A stretch of 64,000 nt of DNA from an uncultured Mycoplasma sp. Lineage in GTDB: Bacteria > Bacillota_I > Bacilli_A > RF39 > UBA660. Positions 32,561 to 40,737 of the stretch are shown piece by piece (the first letter of the stretch is position 1; each line of letters starts with the position of its first letter). Under the pieces are notes generated by a model. It did no database searches and had not been told where the DNA came from. It saw nothing but the letters and a program-made list of their open reading frames with translations. The stretch is taken from assembly GCA_946554525.1 (NCBI GenBank), contig CAMNSE010000006.1, positions 7,435-71,434 of the forward strand, read 5' to 3'. The translations under genes were made by a program, and so were the position numbers.

Positions 32561-32716
32561 ATGAAAAAAATGATGGTTGGAAGTGTATTAGCTATGGCTG
32601 CTGGAGTTGGAATGTTGGCTTATGCATTAAATAATAAAAAAACCAAGCAAAAAGCTACAAAACTTATTAATAATGCAATGGATGTAGCAAATAAAAAGAT
32701 TGAAGATATGAAATAG
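32561..32716 (+). CDS. small membrane protein (51 aa)
   Basis: MKKMMVGSVLAMAAGVGMLAYALNNKK...; below the ORF-track length cutoff; strong terminator directly downstream. Confidence 0.4.
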   Translation: MKKMMVGSVLAMAAGVGMLAYALNNKKTKQKATKLINNAMDVANKKIEDMK

Positions 32717-32746
32717 GGCATAAGCTGCTCTATTTTTTTAATACCT

Positions 32747-32781
32747 AAAAACCCATAATTACTGGGTTTTTTCTGTTTTTT
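32747..32781 (+). terminator. intrinsic terminator
   Basis: aaaaccca-taattac-tgggtttt followed by a T-run. Confidence 0.75.
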
Positions 32782-32804
32782 ATACAACTAACTTAACTAA
32801 AAAC

Positions 32805-32832
32805 TTGACAAAATAGAAAAAATGTGTATAAT
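32805..32832 (+). promoter_or_regulatory. sigma-A-type promoter heading the SipW locus (-35 TTGACA, 16-nt spacer, -10 TATAAT)
   Basis: Consensus hexamers ~55 nt upstream of the 32889 start. Confidence 0.6.
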
Positions 32833-32888
32833 AGCATGGCAAAAGCAGACATTTTATAACAAATTTCTGCAAAGGAAGGGTTGATTAT

Positions 32889-34640
32889 ATGCGTAAGTAT
32901 ACTGGAAAACGTGAGCATAAAAAGAGTCACAAATTAAGAAACAGTATTATTTTGACAGCGCTTGCAGGGCTTTTCATTTTTGGAATGACTAAATGTTATT
33001 TTGATAAGCGTGCAAAAGAAGATAGAGAAAAAAGAATTGAAATTATGAGAGAGGAAGCTCTTAAAAAGTTTAGAGATAAGTTTAAAGATTTTGATGATTT
33101 AAATCCATCATTTACACCAGAGCCAAGTATGGGTCCAATCATGACTCCAAGTGCAGAACCTAGTGTAACTGGTATTCCAAGCCCAAGTCCAGCACCTAGT
33201 GCGACTTCGCATCCAAGTGCTACACCAGTTACAAGACCAACATCAAGCCCAACACTTATTGTCTCACCGAGTGCAGTGCCTAGTGCTTCACCAAGTGTAA
33301 CTGGTATTCCAAGCCCAAGTGCAGCACCTATTGCGACTCCGCATCCAAGTGCTACACCAAGCCCAGCACCAAGTGCCTCACCGAGTCCAGCGCCTAGTGC
33401 AAGCACATCACCAAGTCCAGCACCTAGTGCTTCACCGAGTCCAGCTCCACCAGTTGATATATCATTAATTAGTCCAAGCCCATCACCAAGTCCAGCACCT
33501 AGTGCAAAGCCAACTCCAGCGCCAACACCAAGACCACACTACCATAGTTTTGGAGAATGGTATTCAATTAATGATGAAGAAGAACAAAGAAAATGTTCTT
33601 GTGGAAAAGTTGAAAAAAGAGCGCATAAATATGAAGTTATTTCAACAAGTAAAGGAACCTCCAATAAAAATGGTACTCATAGAATTGTAATTACAAAAGA
33701 GTGTGTTAATTGTAAACACAAGATTAACGAGGCAAAAACAATAGATTGTACTTATGGTTCATTACAACATGATGAAGACCATGAATATAAATTATGTACC
33801 GAATGTGGATATGAATTAAATTTAGGAGCACATAAATTTAAAGTTATTTCAACATCAAATGCTAAATCAAATAAAAATGGTACTCACAGTGTTACAGTTA
33901 CTAAAGAATGTACTAGCTGTAAATATAAATTTAGTGAAACCAAAACAATAGATTGTACTTATGGATCTTTATTATTTGATAAAGACCATGAATACAAGTT
34001 ATGTACTGAATGTGGATATGAATTAGATTTAGGTGGACATACTTTAAAAACTGAAGTTTCTTACGAAGCTGCTGATGGGAAGCACCATACTGTAATTACA
34101 GATATTCATTGTACTACTTGTGATTACAAGGATAGCAATAGAGAAAGAGAGTCGTGTACTACAAATGGTGGTCTAATTTGGCACAATAATGATGAGAACG
34201 AATACAAAGAATGCGAACATTGTCATCAAGAAGTAATAGTAGGAACACACTCTTATGGAAAACCAGAAAATAATGAAGCCGGATTCAAAGTAGAGTCATG
34301 TACTCATACTGGTTGTGGTTATGAAAAAGCTCATCATCATCAAGCTGAACTAACTCCTGGTGACTATACCTCAATTGATGATAGTTATCATTATGAAATA
34401 ACTAGTTGTGAAACTTGTGGAGATGTACTTTTAAGAGAAAAAACTGAACATAGTTATTATACAGATTTTGATGACCCTACTATGGGAAAAATTGAAATAT
34501 GTAGTGATTGTGGTCACAGAAAAGAAACTTACTATCCACAGCCTGACCCAGATCCAGAAGAAGATATTATTGATTTAAGTTTAGGTACTTTTGCAAGTAC
34601 AAACAATGAAGTTTACACTCTTGTTCGTAAATTATATTAA
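32889..34640 (+). CDS. membrane-anchored protein with a Pro/Ser/Ala-rich linker and tandem Cys-rich modules
   Basis: TM helix (ILTALAGLFIFGM); PSPAPSASPS low-complexity repeats; ~69-aa modules with CTECGYEL and KEC..CK Cys pairs repeated at least 4 times. Confidence 0.6.
   Translation: MRKYTGKREHKKSHKLRNSIILTALAGLFIFGMTKCYFDKRAKEDREKRIEIMREEALKKFRDKFKDFDDLNPSFTPEPSMGPIMTPSAEPSVTGIPSPSPAPSATSHPSATPVTRPTSSPTLIVSPSAVPSASPSVTGIPSPSAAPIATPHPSATPSPAPSASPSPAPSASTSPSPAPSASPSPAPPVDISLISPSPSPSPAPSAKPTPAPTPRPHYHSFGEWYSINDEEEQRKCSCGKVEKRAHKYEVISTSKGTSNKNGTHRIVITKECVNCKHKINEAKTIDCTYGSLQHDEDHEYKLCTECGYELNLGAHKFKVISTSNAKSNKNGTHSVTVTKECTSCKYKFSETKTIDCTYGSLLFDKDHEYKLCTECGYELDLGGHTLKTEVSYEAADGKHHTVITDIHCTTCDYKDSNRERESCTTNGGLIWHNNDENEYKECEHCHQEVIVGTHSYGKPENNEAGFKVESCTHTGCGYEKAHHHQAELTPGDYTSIDDSYHYEITSCETCGDVLLREKTEHSYYTDFDDPTMGKIEICSDCGHRKETYYPQPDPDPEEDIIDLSLGTFASTNNEVYTLVRKLY
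33162..33425 (+). repeat. in-frame tandem repeat, 2 x 132 bp (SVTGIPSPS.AP.ATSHPSATP units)
   Basis: Near-identical DNA units begin at 33162 and 33294. Confidence 0.7.
33621..34034 (+). repeat. in-frame tandem repeat, 2 x 207 bp encoding the Cys-rich module
   Basis: The unit starting gcgcataaatatgaagttatttcaaca recurs 207 bp downstream. Confidence 0.7.
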
Positions 34641-34648
34641 AAAAGAAA

Positions 34649-35392
34649 GTGGTGAAAGAAATGAAAAAGGGAAATGTTTGGTATAAAAGCATTAGCAATT
34701 GGATAATCATTATCGCTTGTGTCCTTTTAATACCTATATTAGTAATAAATCTATATATCATGATTCAGTCTAAAACGAATCCTAATGATATTCCTGGAGT
34801 TTTTGGCTATAAACCTTTTATCGTATTATCTGGTTCTATGGAATCTAAAATCCATAAGGGCGATTTAATATTTGTAAAAGAAATAGATCCAAGTACTCTT
34901 AAAGTTAATGATGTTATCGCTTATCGTGATGGCGAAGACACTGTTACAACCCACAGAATTATTGATATTATTGAAAATAATGATGTAACGTATTTTATCA
35001 CTAAAGGAGATAATAATGCGACACAAGATTTAAACTTAGTTGCTTATGAAGATGTTGAAGGAATCTATACAGGTAGATTTCCCGGAATAGGTTCAATGAT
35101 GAATTCTTTATCTAAGCCAACAACGATCATAGTTTTAGTATTAGTTATTACAGTTGCTTTTGGTATTGGATTTACAATATCTAATAAGAAAATCAAAGAT
35201 CAAGAAAGATTAGAATTCTTAGAATATAAAAGAATGAAAGAACAACAAGAAAAAGAACAAGCTGCAAAGAAGACCAAGAATGTGAAGTCTATAAAAGCTA
35301 GTGAAAAAAAGGGAGAAGATAAAAAAACTTCAACCAAAAAAACTACTACTAAAAAAAATAGTAGTGAAGCTAAGTCTAAAAAAAAGGCTTAA
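34649..35392 (+). CDS. sipW: SipW-type (ER/archaeal-type, Ser-His) signal peptidase I with a Lys-rich C-terminal tail
   Basis: N-terminal TM helix; LSGSMESKI (Ser box); TTHRIID (His box); KGDNNATQD; second TM helix then a ~70-aa K/S/T-rich tail. Confidence 0.8.
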   Translation: MVKEMKKGNVWYKSISNWIIIIACVLLIPILVINLYIMIQSKTNPNDIPGVFGYKPFIVLSGSMESKIHKGDLIFVKEIDPSTLKVNDVIAYRDGEDTVTTHRIIDIIENNDVTYFITKGDNNATQDLNLVAYEDVEGIYTGRFPGIGSMMNSLSKPTTIIVLVLVITVAFGIGFTISNKKIKDQERLEFLEYKRMKEQQEKEQAAKKTKNVKSIKASEKKGEDKKTSTKKTTTKKNSSEAKSKKKA

Positions 35393-35438
35393 ATTAATTT
35401 CGATAAACTCTTTCTATTTCAGGGAGTTTATATAGATT

Positions 35439-35472
35439 AGGAAGTTATCTTCCTATGCATAGTACTATGCAT
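35439..35472 (+). promoter_or_regulatory. dyad-symmetry elements upstream of the TasA-like gene (possible operator)
   Basis: aggaag-ttat-cttcct is immediately followed by the perfect 18-bp palindrome atgcatagtactatgcat, ~30 nt before the RBS. Confidence 0.4.
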
Positions 35473-35501
35473 TTGAAATTATTTTAGGGGGAGGTGAAAT
35501 A

Positions 35502-36293
35502 ATGAATAATAAGAAAGGAATCCTATTAGTAGTATTATTATTAGCTGTTGTTGGAACTGCATTCTCTGTAAGTGGAACATATGCTAAATATACAACTACT
35601 GATGAAACAGGAGCTGATTCTGCAAGAGTTGCTCAATGGTCATTTGGACTTACTGAAACTCCATTTACTATTGATAGTCTATTTGAAGATTCTTATACTA
35701 ATGTACCTATGCCAAACGGACATCAAATCATTAAATCAATGGATGGTGAAGACGTTGTAGCGCCAGGAGCTAATGGTAAATATACATTTAGTTTAACAGG
35801 AACTGTTGAAACAAATTATACATTAAACTTTAGTGTTGAATTAGAAAATAGTGTGGTATTAACTAAAAATGGCCCATTTAATATTGTTGATGGTTATACT
35901 GCTAATGAATATAGCCCATTAGAATTTACAGTTTATAGTGGAACTGTTGCTCCAACTATGCCAGTATGGGCAAAATTAGATAGTACTAATCTTACAGCTG
36001 CTTTAAATAAATTAGTTGAAAAAGATGGTGAAGATATCGTATATGGACCTACAACAGCTGCAAATTCTAATTTAGGAACTTATACAATCGAATGGAGATG
36101 GGATTTTGAGCAAAATCCTAATGGAGCTCCAGGTATCAGCAATGATATTTATGATCAATTAGATACATTATTAGGTAATAAGATTTACGAGGCTATTAAA
36201 GCTGGAAAAACTGAAGGTGACGAAGGTTATCCATATGTAAGTCTAAATGTTGCTATTACTGCTACTCAATCTAATAAAAAAGTAACTAATTAA
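35502..36293 (+). CDS. TasA/camelysin-like secreted protein with a SipW-cognate-class signal peptide
   Basis: Signal peptide then GTYAKYTTTDETGADS, matching the GTxAxFxDxE signature of SipW substrates; 263 aa, close to TasA size; followed by a strong terminator. Confidence 0.6.
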   Translation: MNNKKGILLVVLLLAVVGTAFSVSGTYAKYTTTDETGADSARVAQWSFGLTETPFTIDSLFEDSYTNVPMPNGHQIIKSMDGEDVVAPGANGKYTFSLTGTVETNYTLNFSVELENSVVLTKNGPFNIVDGYTANEYSPLEFTVYSGTVAPTMPVWAKLDSTNLTAALNKLVEKDGEDIVYGPTTAANSNLGTYTIEWRWDFEQNPNGAPGISNDIYDQLDTLLGNKIYEAIKAGKTEGDEGYPYVSLNVAITATQSNKKVTN

Positions 36294-36322
36294 TAAAATG
36301 GAAGCTTTAGCTTCCAAATAAG

Positions 36323-36347
36323 CCTATGAATCTCATAGGTTTATTTG
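36323..36347 (+). terminator. intrinsic terminator after the TasA-like gene
   Basis: cctatga-atc-tcatagg followed by TTTATTTG; a second hairpin ggaagc-ttta-gcttcc lies just upstream. Confidence 0.7.
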
Positions 36348-36377
36348 AAAGTTAAATATTAGAAAGGAGTTAAAGAC

Positions 36378-39248
36378 ATGAAAAAGAATGAAGTAATAAT
36401 TAAAGAAAACGAAGAAAAAGATTCAAGAACAAGAAAAATACTTCTTTATATTATCATTATAATTATTATCATTCTTTCTATAATTACTAGTTGTAGTTGC
36501 ACATCTAGATTTTTTGGTCGCATTGGTAACAGATTTATTAATGATGGCGACCATGCAATTGACGGATCTAATAATAAAGAAGTAATAACTAATCAAAATT
36601 TAAAATTTGATTATGACCGATTTGAAATTTCATTAAGTGATGAATTTTCTAAAATCAGATTTAACTATAGTAAAATTACTCCTGAAAAATTTACATGTTC
36701 AACTAGTGATGCTAGTATAGCAACATGCTTTGTAAAAGATAATCATGTCATAATTATTCCTAAAAAGCCTGGTACTGTAACTGTAACAGTTAGAACTGAA
36801 GTAAATGATAAAATATATGAAGCAACTACAAGTATAACCATTACTGATTCAAAAAAAGGAATAACCTTATCAAGCACTAAAGGAACTATTAATTTGGCTT
36901 ATAGTAATAAAAAAGAAACATATTATCATTTAGTAGGAATTATTGGAAATATAAATATTACATCCAGTGATCCTTCAATAGCAAAAGCAGAAGTCATTGG
37001 AAATAAAATAGTTATTACTGGATTAAAGCCAGGAAACGCTAAAATCACTATATCCGTAAATGATAATGGAAAAGTTTATGAAGCTATATATACAGTAAAT
37101 ATTGTTAATAATCCTAAAGCTCCCGTTCCTACACCTGTTAAAAAAGATCATAATAGTAATCTTGCAAGTTTATCAGTAAGTAAAGGAGAGTTAAAGCCTA
37201 ATTTTAATAAATATAATAAGAATTATGAAGTGTTTGTAGGAGAAGATATTTCTAGAATTTCGTTAAAAGCAACAGCAGAAAGCAATAAGTCAAAAATCAC
37301 TTATATTTATAATTTTAAAGAATATAAGGATTTTGTGGATATGCCAATTACAAATGGCAAAAATATTGTAACAATTAAAGTGGTTGCAGAAGATAGTACA
37401 ACATCTGTTTATGTAGTTACAATCATCAAAAAAACTCCTATTACACCGGAAAAAAGTAGTGATGCATCTCTAAAGGACATAACTATTACTGTAGGAGAGT
37501 TAAAGCCATCATTTAATCCCGAAACAGAGAATTATAAAGTAACAGTACCATCAGACACTAATACAGTTACTATTGAAGGAGTGCCAAGTAGTAATAAAGC
37601 AATAGTTAAATATATTTATAATGACAAAGAATATACAGAATTTAAAGATATACCTATTAAAACAGGTGAAAATGTCGTTTCTATTATAGTTACTGCTGAA
37701 GATAATACAGAAAAAATATACACTGTAACTATTGATAAAGAAAAGAACGCTAATAATAATTTAGCAAATTTAACTGTTAGTGCAGGTGCTCTAGATCCAA
37801 TATTTAATAAAGATACTTTAAAATATGATGTCGTATTACCATATGATGTAAAGAAAATCACAGTTACAGGTACACAAGAAGATTATAGATCAACTATAGA
37901 ATATTATTATAACAATGAAAAATACAAACAATTTAGTGAAATTAATTTAACTAAAGATGATAATATTGTCTTTGTTGTGGTAACGGCTGAAGATGGCAGT
38001 ACTAAAACTTATGTTGTAGATATTCATCGCTATTATCTAGATGGCAAAAAAGAATACATGATGAACTTTGATAGTTCAACTAAAGAAACTGATATAATAT
38101 TAAATACTAATATATTTAAAGATAGCATTAATGTTGAACAAACTGATGATAAAAATCTAAAAATATGCAGCAAGAACAACCTTAATAGTTGTATTAACAT
38201 TTCAACGACTAGCGATTCTTTAAAGAGTTTAGAGTATACTGGAGAACTCAATTCTCCAACATCACTATCAATAAAAGCTACAGCGGATAGTCCAGGAAGT
38301 GCTTACATTCATGTTGTAGGATCTGTAAATGGTGTTAAAATAAATGATTTTTATATTAAACTGGATGTATTACAAAGCTATATAATATCTCTCAATGCTC
38401 AAGGTGGATTATTTAACGAGTTTTCTAAAGATATATATACATTTAAATTAGGTGCTGGAGAAACATTTGACTTAAATACAGCAGGTATTCCATATTTAAT
38501 TGATGAATCAAATCCATGCTTATATTATGAATTTATGGGATATAGTAAATCTAAAGAAAATAAAGAGTTATTTAAAGATTTAAATAATATGATTATATCT
38601 TATGATGAATTAGATAGTGATTTAACACTTTATGCTGTATATAATATGGATAAAAAAATAGAGCTTACAAATGAACACAAAACCATTTGGGTCTCAGACG
38701 TTCCAATATTTATTGATAAAGCATATTTTGAAGAATTTAAAGGCGAAAAAATAATAGCTCCTGGTTCATATGGTGACTATACAATGCATTTAATAAATGA
38801 GACAAAAAATAATATAACACTTACAGGAATGACCTTAAAAGAAGAAACTATATGTGTTAATGAAAATGGCATTAATGGTTGTTTAAATATGGGTTATGTT
38901 GTTAAAGATGGTTCAGTAAATCAAAACTATCATTTCCATAATAATCATGATTATAAAATATTAAATGAATATGCTACTACAAAGAATTGGGCTGGTAATT
39001 ATAATGAAAATAAATTTGATTTTGATATCTCTACAAAAAATGATACTACAATTAAAGCAGGAGAAACACTAGATTTAGTATTAATTTGGAAATGGGTTGA
39101 AATAAACGATTACAGTGACAAAGTAGATACGCTAATAGGAAATGTTGCTGCAAGTAAAATAGAAGATGCAACAGTTAATGATTTGTATACGTTACATATT
39201 GGAATTCATTATGATACGATAATAGAGAATTGTCCAAGTAAAATTTAA
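36378..39248 (+). CDS. large membrane-anchored surface protein with 2 Big_2 Ig-like and 3 cadherin-like beta-sandwich domains
   Basis: N-terminal TM helix (ILLYIIIIIIIILSII); two ~80-aa Big_2-like units; three ~95-aa repeats of the pattern L..L.VS.G.L.P.F...YNV; ~400-aa C-terminal region without recognised domains. Confidence 0.6.
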   Translation: MKKNEVIIKENEEKDSRTRKILLYIIIIIIIILSIITSCSCTSRFFGRIGNRFINDGDHAIDGSNNKEVITNQNLKFDYDRFEISLSDEFSKIRFNYSKITPEKFTCSTSDASIATCFVKDNHVIIIPKKPGTVTVTVRTEVNDKIYEATTSITITDSKKGITLSSTKGTINLAYSNKKETYYHLVGIIGNINITSSDPSIAKAEVIGNKIVITGLKPGNAKITISVNDNGKVYEAIYTVNIVNNPKAPVPTPVKKDHNSNLASLSVSKGELKPNFNKYNKNYEVFVGEDISRISLKATAESNKSKITYIYNFKEYKDFVDMPITNGKNIVTIKVVAEDSTTSVYVVTIIKKTPITPEKSSDASLKDITITVGELKPSFNPETENYKVTVPSDTNTVTIEGVPSSNKAIVKYIYNDKEYTEFKDIPIKTGENVVSIIVTAEDNTEKIYTVTIDKEKNANNNLANLTVSAGALDPIFNKDTLKYDVVLPYDVKKITVTGTQEDYRSTIEYYYNNEKYKQFSEINLTKDDNIVFVVVTAEDGSTKTYVVDIHRYYLDGKKEYMMNFDSSTKETDIILNTNIFKDSINVEQTDDKNLKICSKNNLNSCINISTTSDSLKSLEYTGELNSPTSLSIKATADSPGSAYIHVVGSVNGVKINDFYIKLDVLQSYIISLNAQGGLFNEFSKDIYTFKLGAGETFDLNTAGIPYLIDESNPCLYYEFMGYSKSKENKELFKDLNNMIISYDELDSDLTLYAVYNMDKKIELTNEHKTIWVSDVPIFIDKAYFEEFKGEKIIAPGSYGDYTMHLINETKNNITLTGMTLKEETICVNENGINGCLNMGYVVKDGSVNQNYHFHNNHDYKILNEYATTKNWAGNYNENKFDFDISTKNDTTIKAGETLDLVLIWKWVEINDYSDKVDTLIGNVAASKIEDATVNDLYTLHIGIHYDTIIENCPSKI
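37140..38030 (+). repeat. three in-frame ~285-bp cadherin-like domain repeats (protein-level similarity)
   Basis: Repeats beginning SNLASLSVSKGELKPNF, DASLKDITITVGELKPSF and NNNLANLTVSAGALDPIF. Confidence 0.55.
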
Positions 39249-39259
39249 GGGGTTGTAAA

Positions 39260-40099
39260 ATGAAAGAATTAAAAAAAGGATTGCAAATATTACTTATACT
39301 CATATTAGCGTTAATTATTTTCATTAATGTTTATAATTTTATTTCTATTAAAGTATTAAAAAATAGATATACATCTATTATGGGCTATACTATGCTAGAA
39401 GTAATATCTGGTTCTATGGAACCAACCATTCATATTAATGATTTTATTATTGTTAATACAAATTCTAAAGAATTTAGCGAAAACGATATTATTACATATT
39501 ATGATGAAGAAAATAATTTTGTTACGCATCGTATTATTAAGATCGAAGATGATAGTTTTATTACTAAGGGAGATCATAATGATTCTATAGATAAGCCAAT
39601 TAGTAAAGAACAAGTATTAGGTAAATACGTTTTAAAATTTACCGGAGCTGGTAAAATTTTGGGAGCTTTTAAGAATCCTATCACAATGATTTTAATCTTT
39701 ATAGTAGGACTCCTAATGTGTGTATTTATTAGTACAGATAAAAATGGCAATCCAATAATAGATGAAGATGAAAAAGAATTTGCAGAATTCTTAAAAGACA
39801 AAGATAAAAAGGGAAAAGAAAGCAATGCTCCTAAGAAAGAAAAAATTAAAAAGGTTGAGAATAAAAAGGAAATAAAGAAAGAGATAAGTAAGAAAAGTTC
39901 TAAACCTAGTCAAAATAGTTCGACTAGAAAAACAGAACCAAAACAAATCTCTAAAACAAGTTCGGCAAAAACTGTAGCTAGTAAAAAGAATAGTGCAAAT
40001 AAACAAACTAAAGTAGAACAAAATGTAAAAGCTGGTTCTAAAACTACTACTAGCAAAAACAATGTAAAGAAAAATACCAAAAATACAACTAAAAAGTAG
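39260..40099 (+). CDS. sipW: second SipW-type signal peptidase I with a long K/S/T-rich C-terminal tail
   Basis: ISGSMEPTI (Ser box), VTHRIIK (His box), KGDHNDS; TM helix then a ~120-aa Lys-rich tail. Confidence 0.8.
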   Translation: MKELKKGLQILLILILALIIFINVYNFISIKVLKNRYTSIMGYTMLEVISGSMEPTIHINDFIIVNTNSKEFSENDIITYYDEENNFVTHRIIKIEDDSFITKGDHNDSIDKPISKEQVLGKYVLKFTGAGKILGAFKNPITMILIFIVGLLMCVFISTDKNGNPIIDEDEKEFAEFLKDKDKKGKESNAPKKEKIKKVENKKEIKKEISKKSSKPSQNSSTRKTEPKQISKTSSAKTVASKKNSANKQTKVEQNVKAGSKTTTSKNNVKKNTKNTTKK

Positions 40100-40732
40100 G
40101 TGAATATAATGAAAGGGTTACTACATAGTAAAAAATTTAGAACGAATTTATATAGATGGTTATTCATGTATGTAGGAGCAATTGGGCTTTTTACAGCAGT
40201 AGTAACCTATTCAAAGTACGTATCTAGTGTTCTAAGTGGTACTGATGATGCTAGACCTGCTAAATTTAATGTTACAATATTAAATGAAATAGCAGATTTA
40301 GAATGTGCTAAAAACGCAGAAAATACCGAGTTAAACGAATGTTATGTTGGAAAGTTTTCTCCTCTAACACCAATGATGTATGCATTTTCTGTAGATACGA
40401 AAGAATTAGAAGTAAATACAGATTTTGCTGTAACATTTACAGTTCATAAAGATTTTAAAGTTGAAAAGCTAGAAGATATTACAAATCCACAAGATATAAA
40501 AGAAATTAATTTAACTGATGAAGATTTGCATGGTAATCAAAGTATAAGTTTATTTACACCAAAAGAAGAGATAGCTGCTTCTTCTGGAACAAAAAGAATT
40601 TATCGTATAACAGTTAAATATAATGGTTCGTTAATTAATGAAGATACAAACGAAACTATCATTTTTACTGATCCATTTGATGTAGTAAAAGTTGGTTATT
40701 CAGCGTATCAGCAAACTGATTATAGGGGGTAA
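40100..40732 (+). CDS. secreted protein with a SipW-cognate-like signal peptide (210 aa)
   Basis: Hydrophobic region then TYSKYVSSVLSGTDDA, which parallels the TYAKYTTTDE of the 35502 protein; start abuts the sipW2 stop. Confidence 0.5.
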   Translation: MNIMKGLLHSKKFRTNLYRWLFMYVGAIGLFTAVVTYSKYVSSVLSGTDDARPAKFNVTILNEIADLECAKNAENTELNECYVGKFSPLTPMMYAFSVDTKELEVNTDFAVTFTVHKDFKVEKLEDITNPQDIKEINLTDEDLHGNQSISLFTPKEEIAASSGTKRIYRITVKYNGSLINEDTNETIIFTDPFDVVKVGYSAYQQTDYRG

Positions 40733-40737
40733 TAATT

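Noticed and set aside
32996-33406. 136-aa minus-strand ORF (Gly/Ala/Leu-rich) inside the Pro/Ser/Ala repeat region
   Set aside because: It is an antisense artefact of the low-complexity GC-richer repeat codons of the + strand gene, with no RBS, and lies fully inside a well-supported CDS.
33502-33690. 62-aa + strand ORF nested in the Cys-rich protein gene
   Set aside because: It is an alternate frame inside a repeat-containing CDS with no independent support. The same applies to 35572..35760, which sits inside the TasA-like gene.
39395-40167. Cluster of four minus-strand ORFs (72-85 aa) antisense to sipW-2
   Set aside because: They are antisense to the A-rich Lys codon tail (poly-F/L translations), overlap each other, and have no start context.
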